NCBI GenBank assembly: GCA_965232515.1
Contig: CBDDPY010000002.1
Location: forward strand, 160,001-224,000
Direction of reading: 5' to 3'
Source of the DNA: Alphaproteobacteria bacterium
GTDB taxonomy: Bacteria; Pseudomonadota; Alphaproteobacteria; GCA-2731375
DNA length: 64,000 nucleotides
Each line of letters starts with the position of its first letter. The first letter of the stretch is position 1. Both the position numbers and the translations under genes were made by a program. Of the stretch, positions 60,221 to 64,000 are shown piece after piece. Under the pieces are notes generated by a model, which was given only the letters and a program-made list of their open reading frames with translations, did not search any database and was not told the DNA's origin.

Positions 60221-61129
60221 ATGACGGACAGCTATCCACGCGACATGGTCGGCTACGGCCGCCGGCCGCCGGATCCGAAATGGCCCGGCGATGCCCGGGT
60301 CGCCGTTCAATTCGTGATCAACTACGAGGAGGGCGGCGAGAACAACATCCTGCACGGCGACGAAGCCTCGGAGGCGTTCCTCTCCGAGATCATCGGCGCC
60401 CAGCCGCTGCCCGGCGCGCGCAACATGAACATGGAGTCGATCTACGAGTACGGCAGCCGGGCCGGGTTCTGGCGGCTGCACCGCCTGTTCACCGAGCGCG
60501 GCCTGCCGCTCACCGTCTACGGCGTGACCATGGCGCTGGAGCGAAATCCGGAGGCCGTGGCGGCCATGCGCGAAGCGGATTGGGAGATCGCCAGCCACGG
60601 CTATCGCTGGATCGACTACCAGTTCATGCCCGAGGCCGAAGAACGCGAACATGTGCGCAAGGCCGTCGAGATCCACACCGCGGTCACCGGCGAACGGCCG
60701 CTCGGCTGGTACACGGGCCGGATCAGCCCGAATACCCGAAAACTCGTCGTCGAGTATGGCGGTTTCTTATACGATTCAGATAGTTATGCCGATGATTTGC
60801 CGTATTGGGTAAATGACTTCGGCAATCCGCATTTGGTCATTCCCTATACCCTCGACAACAATGACATGCGGTTCGCCACCAACCAGGGTTTCAACTCGGG
60901 TGACCAGTTCTTTGCTTATCTGCGCGACGCCTTCGAGGTGCTTTATGCCGAGGGCGCCGACGCACCGAAGATGATGTCGATCGGCCTGCACTGCCGGCTG
61001 GCGGGGCGTCCGGGCCGGGCGGCGGCGCTCGCGCGGTTCCTCGACGAGGTCGCCGGCCGCGACAATGTCTGGATCTGCCGCCGCGTCGACATCGCCCGCC
61101 ACTGGCATGCCCATCACGCACCGGCCTAG
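60221..61129 (+). CDS. puuE: Allantoinase PuuE (polysaccharide deacetylase fold)
   Basis: YPRDMVGYG, NYEEGGE, YEYGSRAGFWR, SHGYRW, MSIGLHCRL, IARHW. Confidence 0.92.
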   Translation: MTDSYPRDMVGYGRRPPDPKWPGDARVAVQFVINYEEGGENNILHGDEASEAFLSEIIGAQPLPGARNMNMESIYEYGSRAGFWRLHRLFTERGLPLTVYGVTMALERNPEAVAAMREADWEIASHGYRWIDYQFMPEAEEREHVRKAVEIHTAVTGERPLGWYTGRISPNTRKLVVEYGGFLYDSDSYADDLPYWVNDFGNPHLVIPYTLDNNDMRFATNQGFNSGDQFFAYLRDAFEVLYAEGADAPKMMSIGLHCRLAGRPGRAAALARFLDEVAGRDNVWICRRVDIARHWHAHHAPA

Positions 61130-61135
61130 CGCTGC

Positions 61136-61996
61136 ATGAACTCGACAATGGCCGTCGATAGCCGCCCGGCCGATTTGGCGCCGTCCCGGGCCGAGTTGAC
61201 CGTGACGGCGCGCGACGGCGTGTCCCGGATCGATCATCTCTATCAGAGCCAGCCGCTGCGGCTGCTGTTTCCCCGGCCCGAGCGGGACGAGCCGCTGACG
61301 GCGGTGCTCGCCAACACATCGGGCGGTATCGTCGGCGGCGACAGCCTCGATGTGCGCATCGCCTGCGCGGGCGACGCGCAGCTTTTGGCGAGTGCGCAGG
61401 CAGCGGAAAAGGTCTACTGCTCGGCGGGTCCGACGGCCGAGGTGAACCTGTCATTGTCGGCCGACGCTGGCGCCCGTCTCGAATGGCTGCCGCAGGGCAC
61501 CATCCTGTTCAACCGGGTCCGGCTGCGCCGCCGCACCGCGCTGTCGGTGGCGCCCGGCGGTCAGCTACTCGCCGGCGAGATATTGGTGTTCGGCCGTACG
61601 GCCATGGGCGAACGGCTGATGCAGGGCCTTGTTCACGACGCCTGGCGCGTGCGGTTTGGCGGTCGCCTGGTCTGGGCCGACAGCCTGCATCTCGACGGCG
61701 ATCTGTCGATGCCGTTCGCGTCGCCGGCCGGGTTCGCGGACGCGCGCGCCGCCGGCATGGCGCTGTACGTGGCAGATGACGCGGCCGGCCAGCTGGAGCT
61801 GGCGCGGGACTTGCAAGATCTGGCGAAAGTCGACGGCGTCCGGGTTGGCGCGACGGCGTTCGATCGCGTGTTGTTGCTGCGCTGGCTGGGGGTCGATGCC
61901 GGCGACGTCCGGGCCGCCTTCGGCCGGTTCTGGTCGGCGTTTCGCGCCGAAGCGCTCGGCCGGCCGTCCAGGCTGCCGACGTTGTGGCGGATCTGA
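61136..61996 (+). CDS. ureD: Urease accessory protein UreD
   Basis: [33 protein letters not shown]; upstream of ureABC. Confidence 0.9.
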   Translation: MNSTMAVDSRPADLAPSRAELTVTARDGVSRIDHLYQSQPLRLLFPRPERDEPLTAVLANTSGGIVGGDSLDVRIACAGDAQLLASAQAAEKVYCSAGPTAEVNLSLSADAGARLEWLPQGTILFNRVRLRRRTALSVAPGGQLLAGEILVFGRTAMGERLMQGLVHDAWRVRFGGRLVWADSLHLDGDLSMPFASPAGFADARAAGMALYVADDAAGQLELARDLQDLAKVDGVRVGATAFDRVLLLRWLGVDAGDVRAAFGRFWSAFRAEALGRPSRLPTLWRI

Positions 61997-62018
61997 AAAG
62001 GGGTGGGGAGGTAAGTCC

Positions 62019-62321
62019 GTGAATTTGACCCCGAGGGAGAAGGACAAGCTGCTGGTCTCGATGGCGGCCATGGTCGCCCGACGCCGGCTCGAGCGTGGCG
62101 TCAAGCTCAACTATCCCGAGGCCATCGCGCTGATCACCGACTACGTGGTCGAGGGCGCGCGTGACGGCCGCAGCGTCGCCGACCTGATGGCCGCAGGCGC
62201 CGAGGTGATCGGCCGGGATCAGGTCATGTCGGGCGTGCCCGAGATGGTCCACGAGGTGCAGGTCGAGGCGACGTTTCCCGACGGCACCAAGCTCGTCACC
62301 GTGCACGAACCGATCCGCTGA
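62019..62321 (+). CDS. ureA: Urease gamma subunit
   Basis: GTG start; [30 protein letters not shown]. Confidence 0.96.
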   Translation: MNLTPREKDKLLVSMAAMVARRRLERGVKLNYPEAIALITDYVVEGARDGRSVADLMAAGAEVIGRDQVMSGVPEMVHEVQVEATFPDGTKLVTVHEPIR

Positions 62322-62334
62322 AGGGGAGGGCGAG

Positions 62335-62652
62335 ATGATCCCGGGCGAAGTCCTCACGCCAGGCGGCGACATCACGTTGAACGCCGGCCGCGAGACCGTG
62401 ACGGTGACGGTCGCGAACACCGGCGACCGGCCCGTTCAGGTCGGCAGCCACTATCACTTCTTTGAGACCAACGCGGCCCTGCAGTTCGAGCGGGAGAAGA
62501 CGCGCGGCTTTCGCCTCGACATCCCGGCCGGCACCGCCGTTCGGTTCGAGCCGGGCCAGACGCGGGAGGTGACGCTGGTGCCGTTCGCCGGGGCGCGCCG
62601 GGTATTCGGCTTCAACCAGGCGGTCATGGGGCCGCTGGACGGGGAGGGCTGA
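62335..62652 (+). CDS. ureB: Urease beta subunit
   Basis: [33 protein letters not shown]. Confidence 0.96.
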   Translation: MIPGEVLTPGGDITLNAGRETVTVTVANTGDRPVQVGSHYHFFETNAALQFEREKTRGFRLDIPAGTAVRFEPGQTREVTLVPFAGARRVFGFNQAVMGPLDGEG

Positions 62653-62655
62653 AGC

Positions 62656-64000
<1,345 letters not shown>

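Overview
High-GC window with alphaproteobacterial-type gene content (Rhodospirillales-like; the taxon is inferred) and almost entirely protein-coding. Left to right: a truncated soluble-adenylyl-cyclase-like (tandem cyclase + STAND NTPase) gene; a class-V PLP enzyme; a sugar ABC importer operon with PfkB kinase; amidohydrolase, LLM monooxygenase, uronate-dehydrogenase-like and IlvD/Edd sugar-acid dehydratase genes. Next is a small accessory segment (YegD-like Hsp70, a decayed partial copy of the dehydratase, and a lower-GC two-gene 4TM + 2TM-TIR operon). Then two gamma-glutamyltransferases, a fused four-domain ABC transporter, an MFS transporter, a TcuA-like flavoprotein, a larA-larC-larE-larB nickel-pincer cluster and LysR/peroxiredoxin-like/PRISE genes. 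A type I secretion locus follows, whose RTX substrate carries an N-terminal FecR-like domain, and directly after it a CHASE2 adenylate cyclase with Sel1 repeats inserted in its catalytic domain. The window ends with a PadR module, C1/methylamine genes, M20 amidohydrolases, soxCD-like genes, puuE and the start of a urease operon. No rRNA, tRNA, CRISPR array, transposase or integrase was recognised. The best candidates for undescribed systems are the 4TM + membrane-anchored TIR pair (putative anti-phage defence) and the T1SS/FecR-RTX/CHASE2-Sel1 cyclase locus (putative surface-sensing cAMP signalling). All calls come from motif reading by eye; no searches were run.
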